The translations under genes and the position numbers were made by a program. A stretch of 64,000 nt of DNA. Source: Thiotrichaceae bacterium UBA4486. GTDB lineage: Bacteria > Pseudomonadota > Gammaproteobacteria > Eutrophobiales > Eutrophobiaceae. Shown here in pieces: positions 29,056-39,744 of this stretch. The first letter of the stretch is position 1. Each line of letters starts with the position of its first letter. The notes beneath the pieces were generated by a model. That model searched no databases, had not been told where the DNA came from, and was given only the letters and a program-made list of their open reading frames with translations. The stretch spans positions 196,217 through 260,216 of the forward strand of contig DGNS01000015.1 in NCBI GenBank assembly GCA_002389045.1, given 5' to 3'.

Positions 29056-29445
29056 ATGAATGACTTACCTGAAGATCTGCAGTATTCCGTTAATCACACC
29101 TGGATCGAAGTCCAGAGTGACGGTTCCATGCGCGTCGGCATCACGGATTTTGCCCAGGAACAACTGGGTGATGTGGTCTTTGTCGAATTGCCCGAAGTGG
29201 GCAGAACCTATGCCGCGGATGAGGAGTGCGGACTGGTGGAGTCGGTCAAATCGGCTTCCGATATTTATTGCCCGGTGTCCGGCGAGATCATGGCGGTCAA
29301 CGAGGACATTGAAGACAATCCCGAAAAAATCAACACCGATCCCTACGGTGATGGCTGGTTGTTCCAGATCATGCCGAAAGACGATAGCGAAACGGATGCA
29401 TTGATTGACGTGGAAGAATACCAGGAACACATAAAAGAGGAGTAG
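29056..29445 (+). CDS. gcvH: Glycine cleavage H (lipoyl carrier) protein
   Basis: GITDFAQEQLGDVVFVELP, VESVKSAS (lipoyl Lys) and PYGDGW. Confidence 0.95.
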   Translation: MNDLPEDLQYSVNHTWIEVQSDGSMRVGITDFAQEQLGDVVFVELPEVGRTYAADEECGLVESVKSASDIYCPVSGEIMAVNEDIEDNPEKINTDPYGDGWLFQIMPKDDSETDALIDVEEYQEHIKEE

Positions 29446-29448
29446 AAC

Positions 29449-29949
29449 ATGGCAACAGTTACCTTACAGGGCAATGAATTTCATACCTGCGGCGAATTGC
29501 CTGCAGTGGGCAGCAAGGCCCCGGATTTTGTACTGGTGGACGGTGATCTGAATAACGTTTCGCTGGCAACCTACGCCGGAAAAAAGAAGCTGCTGAATAT
29601 CGTCCCGAGCCTGGATACACCGACCTGCGCGTTATCGACAAAGAAATTCAATGAGAAGGCCGGCGATTTCGATAATACCGTTTTCCTCATGGTGTCGGCT
29701 GACCTGCCATTCGCCATGGGACGCTTCTGCAAGGCGGAAGGCACAGACAATGTTATTCCGCTGTCGATGATGCGTTCACGCAATTTCGCCAAGGATTACG
29801 GCGTGCTCATCGAGGACGGCCCGCTCGCCGGCATCACCTGTCGGGCTGTTGTGGTTATCGATGAAGACGACAACGTTGTCTACACTGAACTGGTCCCGGA
29901 AATTGCAAACGAACCGGACTATGATCGGGCACTTACAGATCTCAGATAA
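29449..29949 (+). CDS. tpx: Thiol peroxidase Tpx
   Basis: [20 protein letters not shown] and EPDYD. Confidence 0.95.
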   Translation: MATVTLQGNEFHTCGELPAVGSKAPDFVLVDGDLNNVSLATYAGKKKLLNIVPSLDTPTCALSTKKFNEKAGDFDNTVFLMVSADLPFAMGRFCKAEGTDNVIPLSMMRSRNFAKDYGVLIEDGPLAGITCRAVVVIDEDDNVVYTELVPEIANEPDYDRALTDLR

Positions 29950-29984
29950 CAGATAACAGACAACAGATAAAAGATAACAGATCT
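29943..29984 (+). repeat. Degenerate heptamer tandem repeat (CAGATAA)x6
   Basis: cagataa cagataa cagacaa cagataa aagataa cagatct, overlapping the tpx stop. Confidence 0.85.
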
Positions 29985-30033
29985 TTGAATCTGAACATCT
30001 AACCGGCAACGAACTTCCAGGAATCTTCAATCT

Positions 30034-30396
30034 GTGGCACAACAGGGTAACGCGGGTTTGACCCGTATTTTCAAGGCGTTTTTTTATTCCATGAACGGCA
30101 TCAAGGCCGCCTTCGTCAATGAAGCGGCCTTTCGCCAGGAAGTGTTTCTCACCGTGGTGTTGTTGCCCGTTGCTCTGTGGTTCGGCGAGACCGGTGTCGA
30201 GAAGGCATTGCTGGTCACCACGTTGTTACTGGTATTGATCGTCGAGTTGTTGAATACCGGTATCGAGGCCGTGGTTGACCGGGTGGGCACGGAACATCAT
30301 GAACTCTCCGGCATGGCCAAGGACATTGCATCAGCCTCGGTATTTCTATCGCTGCTGAACGTGGTCGTGGTTTGGGGACTGGTGCTGTTTCTGTAG
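30034..30396 (+). CDS. dgkA: Diacylglycerol kinase
   Basis: EAAFRQE, ELLNTGIEAVVD and AKDIAS. Confidence 0.95.
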   Translation: MAQQGNAGLTRIFKAFFYSMNGIKAAFVNEAAFRQEVFLTVVLLPVALWFGETGVEKALLVTTLLLVLIVELLNTGIEAVVDRVGTEHHELSGMAKDIASASVFLSLLNVVVVWGLVLFL

Positions 30397-30433
30397 CATT
30401 CAAACCTCTCCCATTCGTGCCCATGAGTATGAG

Positions 30434-31387
30434 TTAATCTTTCCCGTATTGTAGCGAGGCAAAGCGGGCGGCGCCGGCAAGACCGATGTTCTCGTCGGTA
30501 TTCAGTAGCACGGTGATGTTTTCCAGGGCCGGAATGTAGGCCGGGGAAGCAGTGTTGAGAAACTCGTCCATGAAGGCAGGCGATGTGACGACCTCGGGAT
30601 GCTTGATGGCGATGCCGCCGGAGATGACCAGCCTGTCGATCATATTGATCAGGCAGTAGTTACGGCATACACGTCCATAGAAACGTGAGAACAGTGCCAG
30701 TGTTTCGGCATTAGCGGTACCAAACACTGTCTCGGCGGATACCGCCTCACCGGTCAGAAACTCATGCAGCAGGGTCAGTCCGGTTCCGGACACCACCACA
30801 TCATTGACCATGTACGGCAGGCCGAGCCGCGCCAGCATGAATTGTTCGAGGTTTTTTTCCTGTTCACCGTTGAACGCGAAGCCGGCATAGCCTGCTTCCG
30901 AGGGTACGGCAATACATCCCGTTTCATCTTCAACCAGGCAACAGTGGCCGAGACCGGTGCCGGCGCCGATGACAGCCATGCGCCGGTGCCGGTCCGTTTT
31001 TCCCGCCCTGATTTTACGGAATTGTTGCATGATATCGACAACGGTACAGCCGTAGGCCTGCGCCGTGAAATCGTTCAACATTATAATATGCCGGAACGGC
31101 ACCTCATCGAGATCGATATCCCAGCACACATTCGGTAACAGACAGCGTTGACCAGTGACCGGTCCGGGCACGGCCAGAACGATACGGTCCACGTCCACGA
31201 AGCAGGGCAGGGATGCCGGTTTATGGGCGTGATAGTGTTCGATGAATTGCAGAAAAGATCCGATGCTGTTAGCTTGCGTGGCAAAGGAGAACACAGTCGA
31301 AGTGCGCAGGGGTTGCTGATTTTTTGCAGTGTAAAGCGCAAACCGTGTCGTGGTGCCGCCGATGTCCACTGCCAGGGTTTCGGTCAT
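30434..31387 (-). CDS. Glucokinase-family sugar kinase
   Basis: DIGGT, PGPV, NDF, GAGTGLG, SEAG and SGGIA; start set at ATG 31387. Confidence 0.85.
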   Translation of the reverse strand: MTETLAVDIGGTTTRFALYTAKNQQPLRTSTVFSFATQANSIGSFLQFIEHYHAHKPASLPCFVDVDRIVLAVPGPVTGQRCLLPNVCWDIDLDEVPFRHIIMLNDFTAQAYGCTVVDIMQQFRKIRAGKTDRHRRMAVIGAGTGLGHCCLVEDETGCIAVPSEAGYAGFAFNGEQEKNLEQFMLARLGLPYMVNDVVVSGTGLTLLHEFLTGEAVSAETVFGTANAETLALFSRFYGRVCRNYCLINMIDRLVISGGIAIKHPEVVTSPAFMDEFLNTASPAYIPALENITVLLNTDENIGLAGAARFASLQYGKD

Positions 31388-31401
31388 GGCGCCTTGCCGG
31401 T

Positions 31402-32148
31402 TTATCTGGCTGCACACACCGGGCAATGCGGATCGCGGTTGAGTTTAGCCTGGTGAAATTCCATGGACAGGGCGTCAAAGAGTAACAGTTTGCCGACCAT
31501 GGACTGGCCGATACCCATGATCAGTTTCATGGCTTCCAGCGCCTGCATACTGCCGATGATGCCCAGCAAGGGGGCGATAACGCCATTGGCGGTGCAGGTC
31601 TGTTCGACATCGGCGTTGTCACCGTACAGGCAACGGTAGCAGGGTGATTCTTCCATTCTCGTATCAAAGACGCTGAACTGCGCCTCGAAACGAATGGCGG
31701 CGCCGGAAATCAGCGGTTTTTTGTGGAGCACACAGGCGCTGTTGATGGCAAAGCGGGTGTCGAAGTTATCACAGCAATCCAGTACCACGTCGGCCTGTTT
31801 CACGGCAGCTTCCAGTTCTTCCCGATCGAGTTTGTGGTCAAGGCTGACGATGCGGGTGTCCGGGTTGATGGCCGCCAGTGTTTCACCGGCCGAATCGATC
31901 TTGGTGCGGCCAATGTCCGCGGTGCCGTGCAGAATCTGCCGTTGCAGGTTGGACAGGTCGACCTTGTCGTAATCAACAATCACCAGTTCGCCGACACCGG
32001 CGCTGGCCAGGTACATGGATGCCGGTGAGCCAAGTCCGCCGAGTCCGATGATGAGGGCCGTGGCATCGCCCAGTTTTTGCTGACCGGCAGCATCGATCTC
32101 GGGCAACATGATCTGGCGACTGTAACGCAGGAGTTGTTCGTCGTTCAT
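31402..32148 (-). CDS. moeB: MoeB/ThiF adenylyltransferase
   Basis: RYSRQI, GLGGLG, SNLQRQ, PCYRC and CPVC; start set at ATG 32148. Confidence 0.9.
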   Translation of the reverse strand: MNDEQLLRYSRQIMLPEIDAAGQQKLGDATALIIGLGGLGSPASMYLASAGVGELVIVDYDKVDLSNLQRQILHGTADIGRTKIDSAGETLAAINPDTRIVSLDHKLDREELEAAVKQADVVLDCCDNFDTRFAINSACVLHKKPLISGAAIRFEAQFSVFDTRMEESPCYRCLYGDNADVEQTCTANGVIAPLLGIIGSMQALEAMKLIMGIGQSMVGKLLLFDALSMEFHQAKLNRDPHCPVCAAR

Positions 32149-32522
32149 GAACGGAAGTAACGTGAAGGCGGTTGCTGTTGCTCCATCGTATAACAGTACA
32201 GATATACTTTCTGTAACTCGCTTTCCAGCCCGAATGGAGTGGCGGCATGGTCGCGCATATTGTGATCCATGCAGGTATACAGCCGGTTTTTCAATTGCAT
32301 GAAGAGTCCTGTTGACGGCCTGCAATCCAGATCCTCGAGGATCGCAAGTATTGCCGGGTAATCCAGCAAGCAGGGATCATAACGCACGGACAGACGATTT
32401 CCCCGCCGTGATATGGAGTCAAAACCTTCGTAGCCCTTGATGGCCTGCAACAGCTTTTCAGCGTACGGCTGTGTCAGCGGTTCGGCCAGTCTGACAGTGC
32501 GGGAGACGATCATGGTTGCCAT
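32145..32522 (-). CDS. Hypothetical protein, possibly an HMA-like ferredoxin fold lacking CxxC
   Basis: Overlaps both prmC and moeB; LSVRYD strand motif. Confidence 0.6.
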   Translation of the reverse strand: MATMIVSRTVRLAEPLTQPYAEKLLQAIKGYEGFDSISRRGNRLSVRYDPCLLDYPAILAILEDLDCRPSTGLFMQLKNRLYTCMDHNMRDHAATPFGLESELQKVYLYCYTMEQQQPPSRYFRS

Positions 32523-33367
32523 TGTGCACCGGTTCCCCGGTGATGTCCCGCCAGGTCATCAAAACATTCGATCGAGCTGAAGCCGCGTTGCCGCAGCAGT
32601 GCCTTGACCGTATCGCCCTGGTCAAAGCCGTGTTCGAGAAACAGGTATCCGCCCGGGCACAGATGATCCGGAGCGCCGTCAATAATTGTTCTGATCATGT
32701 CCAGACCATCGGCGCCGCCTGCCAGGGCGAGCCTGGGTTCGAAACGCACGTCGCCCTGATCAAGGTGCGGGTCTGCATCGGGGATGTACGGTGGGTTACT
32801 GATAATGACGTGAAATACATATCCGCCGAGATTCGTGAACCAGTCACTGGCGATCAATTCAACATTATCGAGGTCGTGCCTGTCCCGGTTATGTTCGGCG
32901 GTGGCGAGTGTCGCGGCGTCGATATCCGTGGCCACGATGTGGCACCGGGGACGCTCGCTGGCGATGGCGAGTGCGATGGCGCCACTGCCGGTGCCCAGAT
33001 CCGCTATGCGCAGCGATTCCCGCACGGGAATATGCGCCAGCGCGGCGGCCACCAGGCATTCGGTGTCCGGGCGTGGGATCAGGATTCCGTTATTGACCTT
33101 GAGCGCCAGCGACCAGAATTCGCGTTCGCCGGTGATATAGGCTACGGGCTCGCCGCCGAGGCGCTGTTGCAGGTGTTGATCGAATTGCCCGCGTATTCCA
33201 TCAGGCAATGTCTCCGCGCCCCGCGTATAGATCGCGGCGCGGTCACAACCCAGTGTTCGGGCCAGTAAAATTTCCACATCCAGGCGTGGTGAATCGGATT
33301 CTTGCAGTTTCAGTGCGGATGACCGCAGCAGTTCAGTAATGGTGGAAGAGGGCACGGTCACGCTCAC
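32510..33367 (-). CDS. prmC: Release factor glutamine methyltransferase
   Basis: [21 protein letters not shown] and SNPPY. Confidence 0.96.
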   Translation of the reverse strand: MSVTVPSSTITELLRSSALKLQESDSPRLDVEILLARTLGCDRAAIYTRGAETLPDGIRGQFDQHLQQRLGGEPVAYITGEREFWSLALKVNNGILIPRPDTECLVAAALAHIPVRESLRIADLGTGSGAIALAIASERPRCHIVATDIDAATLATAEHNRDRHDLDNVELIASDWFTNLGGYVFHVIISNPPYIPDADPHLDQGDVRFEPRLALAGGADGLDMIRTIIDGAPDHLCPGGYLFLEHGFDQGDTVKALLRQRGFSSIECFDDLAGHHRGTGAQWQP

Positions 33368-34446
33368 CCATTAATGGCCGCGAGCAAATCCGCGTGGTAT
33401 TCGTTGTTCAGTGGTTCGATCACCATGTCCAGATCGCCGGCCAGGAATTCATCCAGCTTGTACAGCGTCAGGTTGATGCGATGATCGGTGACACGGCCCT
33501 GGGGATAGTTGTAGGTGCGGATGCGTTCTGACCGGTCGCCGCTGCCGACCAGGTTGCGCCGGCTCTCGGCGCGCTCACTGTTTTGCTTTTCCCGTTCTGC
33601 GTTCAGCAGTCTGGCCTTTAATAATGACATGGCGCGGGCGCGGTTCTTGTGTTGTGAACGTTCATCCTGGCATTCCACCACGGTGTTGGTGGGCAGGTGG
33701 GTGATGCGAATGGCAGAGTCAGTCTTGTTGACATGCTGGCCGCCGGCGCCGGAGGCGCGAAAGGTATCCACCCTCAGGTCCACCGGGTTGATTTCGATCT
33801 CTTCCACTTCCTCGAGTTCCGGCAACACCGCTACCGTGCAGGCCGATGTGTGTATGCGGCCCTGGGATTCGGTCTCCGGGACGCGCTGGACGCGATGAGC
33901 GCCGGATTCGAATTTCAGTTTCGAGTAGGCACCTTCGCCGATGATGCGCATGATGATTTCCTTGTAACCTTCCATCTCACTGAGTGTTGCACTCATGATT
34001 TCAACCTTCCAGTGGTGGCGTTCGGCATAGCGCATGTACATTTTCATCAGATCGCCCGCGAACAGGGCGGCTTCCTCGCCGCCGGTGCCGGCCCGTATTT
34101 CAAGATAGATGTTGCTCTTGTCGGCCGGGTCTTTGGGCAGCAGCAGCTTTTGCAGTTCGGCTTCCAGATCCCGGTTTTTTGCCTCGGCTTCCTGCAGTTC
34201 CTCGCCGGCCAGGGTACGGATTTCCGCATCGGTGTCGGACTGCATGTCGCGGGCTGACTGCATGGCATCGAGATTATGCCTGTATTCAGTGTACTTGCTG
34301 ACCAGGGGCTGGATCTCGGCGCGCTCCATGGACAGCTCCCGAAACCGGTTCTTGTTGCTGATGGTCTCCGCGTCGGACAGCAGCGCATCGATCTCGACCA
34401 GGCGATCGCTCAGCTTGTCCAGTTTTTCCAGTAGACTTTCTTTCAT
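33364..34446 (-). CDS. prfA: Peptide chain release factor 1
   Basis: PET anticodon motif and GAGGQ. Confidence 0.98.
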   Translation of the reverse strand: MKESLLEKLDKLSDRLVEIDALLSDAETISNKNRFRELSMERAEIQPLVSKYTEYRHNLDAMQSARDMQSDTDAEIRTLAGEELQEAEAKNRDLEAELQKLLLPKDPADKSNIYLEIRAGTGGEEAALFAGDLMKMYMRYAERHHWKVEIMSATLSEMEGYKEIIMRIIGEGAYSKLKFESGAHRVQRVPETESQGRIHTSACTVAVLPELEEVEEIEINPVDLRVDTFRASGAGGQHVNKTDSAIRITHLPTNTVVECQDERSQHKNRARAMSLLKARLLNAEREKQNSERAESRRNLVGSGDRSERIRTYNYPQGRVTDHRINLTLYKLDEFLAGDLDMVIEPLNNEYHADLLAAING

Positions 34447-34472
34447 GACCGGCGCCGGGAGTTACAGCGGGA

Positions 34473-35744
34473 CTACTTCTTCGGGATGTCCTGCTCTTTC
34501 AGATCAAACAATTCGTGGGTAGCGGAGAGTAAATCGATTCGACCGTTAACTCCAGCGTTTCTGAGCTGGCTGCTGGGGGTGTGAATGAGTTTGTTAGTGA
34601 GGGTATGGGTGACTTCCTTGAGGACGACCGCCGGATCGGCGCCGTTTTGCAGTTTCAACAACGCGCCCTGGAGTACTTCATCCTGGATACTGCCGGCATG
34701 GCGGCGCAGTGCGCGGATCGTGTCGACGGCATCCAGCGAGTTCAGCCATTCCATGAAGTTGAGGACCTGGGCTTCTATGATTTCCTCGGCTTGCAGGGCG
34801 GCCTGCTTGCGGTTGTTCATGTTTTCCTGGATGACGTCCTTAAGGTCATCCACGGTGTACAGGTAGATATCGTCCATGTCACCGACTTCGGGTTCGATGT
34901 CGCGAGGTACGGCGATATCGACCATAAACACCGGTTTGTGTTTGCGTTGCCGGATGGCGCTTTCCATGGCGCCCTTGCCGAGTATGGGCAATTGGCTGGC
35001 GGTGGAGGAAATGACGACGTCGGCCTCGGCGAGGTGGTCCGGAATGCCGGACAGGGCGATGGCATAACCCGAAAATTCATCGGCCAGTTTGCGCGAGCGC
35101 TCGACGGTGCGGTTGGCGATGATCATTTTTTTCAGGCCGTTCTCGTGCAGATGACGCGCGACCAGCTCGATGGTTTCGCCGGCGCCAATCAACAGGGCGG
35201 TTTGCTGCGAGAGGTCGCCGAATATCTGCTGCGCCAGCCGTACCGCGGCGAAGGCCACGGAAACCGGATGCGAACCGATGGAGGTGTTGCTGCGAATATC
35301 CTTGGCGACATGAAAGCTGTGCTGGAAAAGCCGGTTTAGCAGTTTGCCGATGCTGCCGGTTTCCAGCGCCACCTGGTAGGCTTCCTTGAGTTGTCCCAGC
35401 ACCTGTGGTTCACCAAGGACCATGGAATCGAGGCCACTGGCGACGCGCAGCATGTGTTTGACCGCGTTGGCGTCGGGATGCGTGTACAGGTAGGGTTGTA
35501 CCTCGTTATGACGGATACCGTGAAAACCCGACAGCCACTGTACCGGCCGGGTGCTGGTATGATCATCGACACTGCAGTAGACCTCGGTGCGGTTGCAGGT
35601 GGAGAGAATGGCCGCTTCCTGGACTTCACCCATGCGCGTCAGATCCTTGAGGGCATCGGTCATGATTTCGCGGGCAAAACACAGCTGTTCACGCAATTCC
35701 AGTGGCGCGGTGGAATGGTTCAAGCCGTATGCCAGAATACTCAT
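34473..35744 (-). CDS. hemA: Glutamyl-tRNA reductase
   Basis: STCNRTE, GLDSMVLGEPQ, GAGE and DIAVPRD. Confidence 0.98.
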   Translation of the reverse strand: MSILAYGLNHSTAPLELREQLCFAREIMTDALKDLTRMGEVQEAAILSTCNRTEVYCSVDDHTSTRPVQWLSGFHGIRHNEVQPYLYTHPDANAVKHMLRVASGLDSMVLGEPQVLGQLKEAYQVALETGSIGKLLNRLFQHSFHVAKDIRSNTSIGSHPVSVAFAAVRLAQQIFGDLSQQTALLIGAGETIELVARHLHENGLKKMIIANRTVERSRKLADEFSGYAIALSGIPDHLAEADVVISSTASQLPILGKGAMESAIRQRKHKPVFMVDIAVPRDIEPEVGDMDDIYLYTVDDLKDVIQENMNNRKQAALQAEEIIEAQVLNFMEWLNSLDAVDTIRALRRHAGSIQDEVLQGALLKLQNGADPAVVLKEVTHTLTNKLIHTPSSQLRNAGVNGRIDLLSATHELFDLKEQDIPKK

Positions 35745-35820
35745 AAAAACAGTTTACCCGTGTTCTTTTGACCACTCTAGTGAACAAATTATGCAAAATC
35801 CACACACATTTTAGCCGCTT

Positions 35821-35834
35821 TTGATCCAGATCAC
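35821..35834. promoter_or_regulatory. FNR/ANR-like site upstream of hemA
   Basis: TTGAT-CCAG-ATCAC, 1 mismatch to TTGAT-N4-ATCAA. Confidence 0.5.
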
Positions 35835-35972
35835 CGCGGATTCAGCTAGAATCGGCCAGGATTTCGCCCGCGTCGAGGCTGACAGTCTGCATTGATCGGG
35901 TTCAACGAAAGTACAGAACTGACGTTAATTATATATTGTCAAAAACAGTAGTTCCCCGTTAAGGTAATATTC

Positions 35973-37760
35973 ATGAGCCAGCCTAAGGCAACCCTTCGCG
36001 CCAGAATCCCGGGTTATTCACTGATGTGTCTGTTGCCCCTGTTTCTCGGCGCCTGTACTACCGTGCCACCCCGGGACACGGATCTGACCGATATCGAACC
36101 CGACAAGCGGGTTGAGGTTTACGACCAGGCGGATGCGGAAGTCACGCCGGACTCTATTCCCCCGAGCCGGCCTGCCCTGGAACTGACCGATGAAATCCTC
36201 TACAAGCTGCTGCTCGCCGAAATCGCCGGGCACCGGGGCATGCTCGATATTGCCGTTGAAAACTACCTCGATCTGGCCCGTTCCACACAGGATCACAAGG
36301 TCGTGGAGCGGGCCACCCGCATCGCCGTTTATGCGCGAGATGATATGGCCACACGCGAAATGGCCGAACTCTGGATCAAAATCGACCCGAACAGTACCGA
36401 TGCCCGCCAGGTACTGGCAATCATGGCCGTGCGTAGCGGCAACATCGACGCGGCACTGGAGCATCTGAATATCCTCATGGATAGCAGCAGCGGCAAAATC
36501 GATCAGAAGTTATGGATGATTGCCAACATGCTTGGCCGTGAGGAGGACCAGGAGGCGGTGCTGGCCGTTATGGAACAACTCATGGCCGACCGGGCGGACG
36601 ATCCGCAGGCGTTATTCGCCTATTCGCATGTGGTGGCGAGACTGGGTGATCTGGAAAGGGCCCGGGAGTTGCTGGAACGGGTACTGGTGTTAATGCCGGA
36701 CAATACCAATGTGGCGCTCAGCTACGTGTCTATACTGCAGCGCCAGGACAAAACGGATGAAGCCATTCAATGGCTGGAAGAAAACCTGAAGACCAGGGAA
36801 GATGATTTCAATCTGCGCCTTATCTACGCTCGCCTGCTCGCCGACGTTAAACAGTTTGAAGCGGCACGCCGTGAATTCGAACTGCTTGCCGCGCAGGCGC
36901 CGAACAATCCCGATGTGCTTTACGCGCTGGGCCTTTTATACCTGCAATCGAGCCGTACTGATGATTCGGAGCGTTATTTCAAACGACTGACCGAAACCGG
37001 CAAACACGTGGACGAGGCCAATTACTACCTCGGCCGTATCGCCGAGGAACGCAATGAACTAGACAGCGCGGGCAGCTGGTACCAGGGTGTCCAGAAAGGT
37101 GAAAATTATTTCGATGCGCAGATCCGGTTCGGGCTGATCCTGGCACGGCAGGACCGGATTGAGGAGGCGCGTGATCATTTGCAGAATGTGCGTGCCGACA
37201 CCCGGCGTGAAAAATCCCTGCTGGTACAGGCCGAAGGTGAACTGCTGGCCGGTGAAGAGCGTTACGAGGATGCCATGACGGTGTATACCGAGGCCCTCGA
37301 TGAGCAATACGATGCGGACATTCTCTATTCGCGCGCCATGCTGGCGGAAAAGATGGATCGTCTTGATATTCTCGAGAGAGATCTGAAGGAAATTATTGAA
37401 AATGATCCGGAGAATGCCCAGGCTCTGAACGCGCTGGGCTACACCCTGGCGGATCGCACGAATCGCTACCAGGAAGCCTACGAATACATCAAACGCGCCC
37501 TGGAAGCCAGTCCGAACGACTTTTATATACTCGACAGCATGGGCTGGGTGTTGTACCGGCTCGGCCGGCTCGACGAATCCGTCAAATACCTGCAACGTGC
37601 CCTGGAGATACGCAACGATCCCGAAATAGCCGCACACCTGGGTGAGGTGTTGTGGGTCATGGGAGACAAGGAACGTGCCCGTGATATCTGGGAAACCGCG
37701 TTACAGGAAACACCGGATGACTCGCGTTTGCTGGACGTGATCAACAGGTTCCAGAACTGA
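35973..37760 (+). CDS. TPR-repeat lipoprotein
   Basis: Lipobox LGAC, multiple TPRs, ALNALGYTLAD and DSMGWV; conserved position between hemA and lolB. Confidence 0.9.
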   Translation: MSQPKATLRARIPGYSLMCLLPLFLGACTTVPPRDTDLTDIEPDKRVEVYDQADAEVTPDSIPPSRPALELTDEILYKLLLAEIAGHRGMLDIAVENYLDLARSTQDHKVVERATRIAVYARDDMATREMAELWIKIDPNSTDARQVLAIMAVRSGNIDAALEHLNILMDSSSGKIDQKLWMIANMLGREEDQEAVLAVMEQLMADRADDPQALFAYSHVVARLGDLERARELLERVLVLMPDNTNVALSYVSILQRQDKTDEAIQWLEENLKTREDDFNLRLIYARLLADVKQFEAARREFELLAAQAPNNPDVLYALGLLYLQSSRTDDSERYFKRLTETGKHVDEANYYLGRIAEERNELDSAGSWYQGVQKGENYFDAQIRFGLILARQDRIEEARDHLQNVRADTRREKSLLVQAEGELLAGEERYEDAMTVYTEALDEQYDADILYSRAMLAEKMDRLDILERDLKEIIENDPENAQALNALGYTLADRTNRYQEAYEYIKRALEASPNDFYILDSMGWVLYRLGRLDESVKYLQRALEIRNDPEIAAHLGEVLWVMGDKERARDIWETALQETPDDSRLLDVINRFQN

Positions 37761-37997
37761 ATGGCTGTTTCGACGTATCGATCAATCAACAACCCGCCAG
37801 GGTTGTGACTGACCGTCGGCCGCCTCCCACTGCCGACGGTTCCTTAACATGATGTCCACCTGCCAGTGAACTCTTTGGTACTATCCGCGGATGGCGGAAC
37901 ACAGTGACAGTGATGTGCCGGCGACTGTTCCCGATAGCGGCTGGCTGTTAAGATGACGTTATTCTGATCCCGACTGCCGGACGATTCGCAAACTCCC

Positions 37998-38627
37998 TTG
38001 AAACTATCCTGTTCATATCTGCTCCGCTGGATACTTGCCTGTCTGGTCGTCTCCATTCTGGCGGGTTGCGCAGGGATGGCGGTGGATGAAGCGGCAACCG
38101 GCCCGCAAGCAGAGGCGCTGTGGCAAACGCGGGAAATTGCCCTGCGGGGTATCAATGGCTGGGCGGTGAAGGGCCGGCTGGCCATAAAAACCAGTGACGA
38201 AAGCTGGACAGCCAGCCTGCACTGGGCACAGAAAGCCCGTCTCTACATGATGCGCATCATTGCTCCTTTTGGACAGGGTACGTACGAAATCAAGGGTGGG
38301 CATGGCAAGGTCAGTTTGCTGACCGATAAGAACGAAGTCTTCGAGGCCACTGATCCGCATACACTGATGACTGAAAATCTTGGCTGGAGTGTGCCGCTTC
38401 TGGGTATGCAGTACTGGATTCTGGGTGTGCCCGAACCGGACCTTGCCGTTGAAGGCAGGGACATCGATTCCCTGGGGCGTCTGATCCGGCTCGATCAGTC
38501 CGGCTGGACGATACAACTGACCGACTACAGGCAGGTGGGCAAGTACGAACTGCCCGCGAAGATCAGCATGGAAAACGACCTGGTCAGGGTCAGGTTGGTG
38601 ATCCATGAGTGGGTTCGGGTCATATGA
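37998..38627 (+). CDS. lolB: Outer membrane lipoprotein insertase LolB
   Basis: Lipobox LAGC, GRLAI, APFGQG, LGWSVP, YWILG and QSGW; upstream of ispE. Confidence 0.9.
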   Translation: MKLSCSYLLRWILACLVVSILAGCAGMAVDEAATGPQAEALWQTREIALRGINGWAVKGRLAIKTSDESWTASLHWAQKARLYMMRIIAPFGQGTYEIKGGHGKVSLLTDKNEVFEATDPHTLMTENLGWSVPLLGMQYWILGVPEPDLAVEGRDIDSLGRLIRLDQSGWTIQLTDYRQVGKYELPAKISMENDLVRVRLVIHEWVRVI

Positions 38628-39469
38628 ACAGCAATGGCTGGCCGGCCCCGGCAAAACTGAACCTGTTTTTGCACGTCACCGGCCGTCGTGATGACGGTTA
38701 TCATTTGCTGCAGACGGTGTTTCAGTTTCTCGATTTTCAGGATGAGCTGGCTTTTGATGTTCATCGGGACCCGGCCATCCGGCGCGTCGGTGATTGTCCG
38801 GGTGTTGCCGCCGACTCCGACCTGGTGGTCAGGGCGGCGCGTGCCCTGCAGTCGTACACCGGCAGCCGCCTTGGTGTGGATATCCATATCAGCAAACACA
38901 TCCCCATGCAGGCAGGCCTGGGCGGCGGCAGTTCCGATGCGGCGACCACATTACGGGCGCTGAATCGCCTCTGGGGCCTGGAATTGCCACTCGGTGAACT
39001 GGCTGCTATCGGTGTCAAACTGGGAGCGGACGTCCCGGTTTTCCTGCACGGGCATGCCGCCTTTGCCGAGGGTGTGGGGGAGGAACTGACGGACCTGGAA
39101 CCGGCGGAGGAATGGTACCTGATCATCCGTCCGGACTGCAGCGTAAGCACCGCCGAGATCTTCAATGACGCCGATTTGACACGTCATACCCCACCTATCA
39201 CAATACGCGACTTTCTGGCAGGGAGAGGGCACAATGACTGCCTGCCGGTCGTGTTGCGGCGCTATCCACAGGTCGCCGAAGCAATTGATTGGCTGGGGAA
39301 TTTTTCAGAAGCCAGAATGACGGGCACCGGTTCCACCGTGTTTGCCGCTTTCGCGAACAGGGCGGCCGCCGAAACGGTTCTCGAGCAGGTTCCCGCGCAC
39401 TGGTTTGGCCAGGTTTGCCGGGGACAGAATCAATCCCCCTTACTGCAACGATTGCGGCAACCGGACTGA
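38624..39469 (+). CDS. ispE: 4-diphosphocytidyl-2-C-methyl-D-erythritol kinase
   Basis: PAPAKLNLFL, GLGGGSSDAA and LGADVP; start overlaps the lolB stop (ATGA). Confidence 0.97.
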   Translation: MNSNGWPAPAKLNLFLHVTGRRDDGYHLLQTVFQFLDFQDELAFDVHRDPAIRRVGDCPGVAADSDLVVRAARALQSYTGSRLGVDIHISKHIPMQAGLGGGSSDAATTLRALNRLWGLELPLGELAAIGVKLGADVPVFLHGHAAFAEGVGEELTDLEPAEEWYLIIRPDCSVSTAEIFNDADLTRHTPPITIRDFLAGRGHNDCLPVVLRRYPQVAEAIDWLGNFSEARMTGTGSTVFAAFANRAAAETVLEQVPAHWFGQVCRGQNQSPLLQRLRQPD

Positions 39470-39607
39470 GATCGGTCAGGATGGTTTATCGACAACAGAA
39501 TTGAACAGCAAGCACGGTGAGCTGGACCGCCAGGGTGGAGCGCAAGGGATATGCGTAACAACCCCGGCAGAGCAGTGACAGGACGAGAACGCAGTACTGA
39601 TTTTTGA

Positions 39608-39684
39608 TGGGGTGTGGCCAAGTTGGTTAAGGCACGGGGTTTTGATCCCCGCATTCCCAGGTTCGAGTCCTGGCACCCCAGCCA
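39608..39684 (+). tRNA. tRNA-Gln(TTG)
   Basis: TGGGGTG acceptor stem, TTG anticodon, GTTCGAG T-loop and encoded CCA; typical ispE-tRNA-Gln-prs context. Confidence 0.97.
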
Positions 39685-39744
39685 TATCACCCATACCAGC
39701 GGATAACATTGGCGGATCAGAATTTAACAGGTAACGCGAAAACC

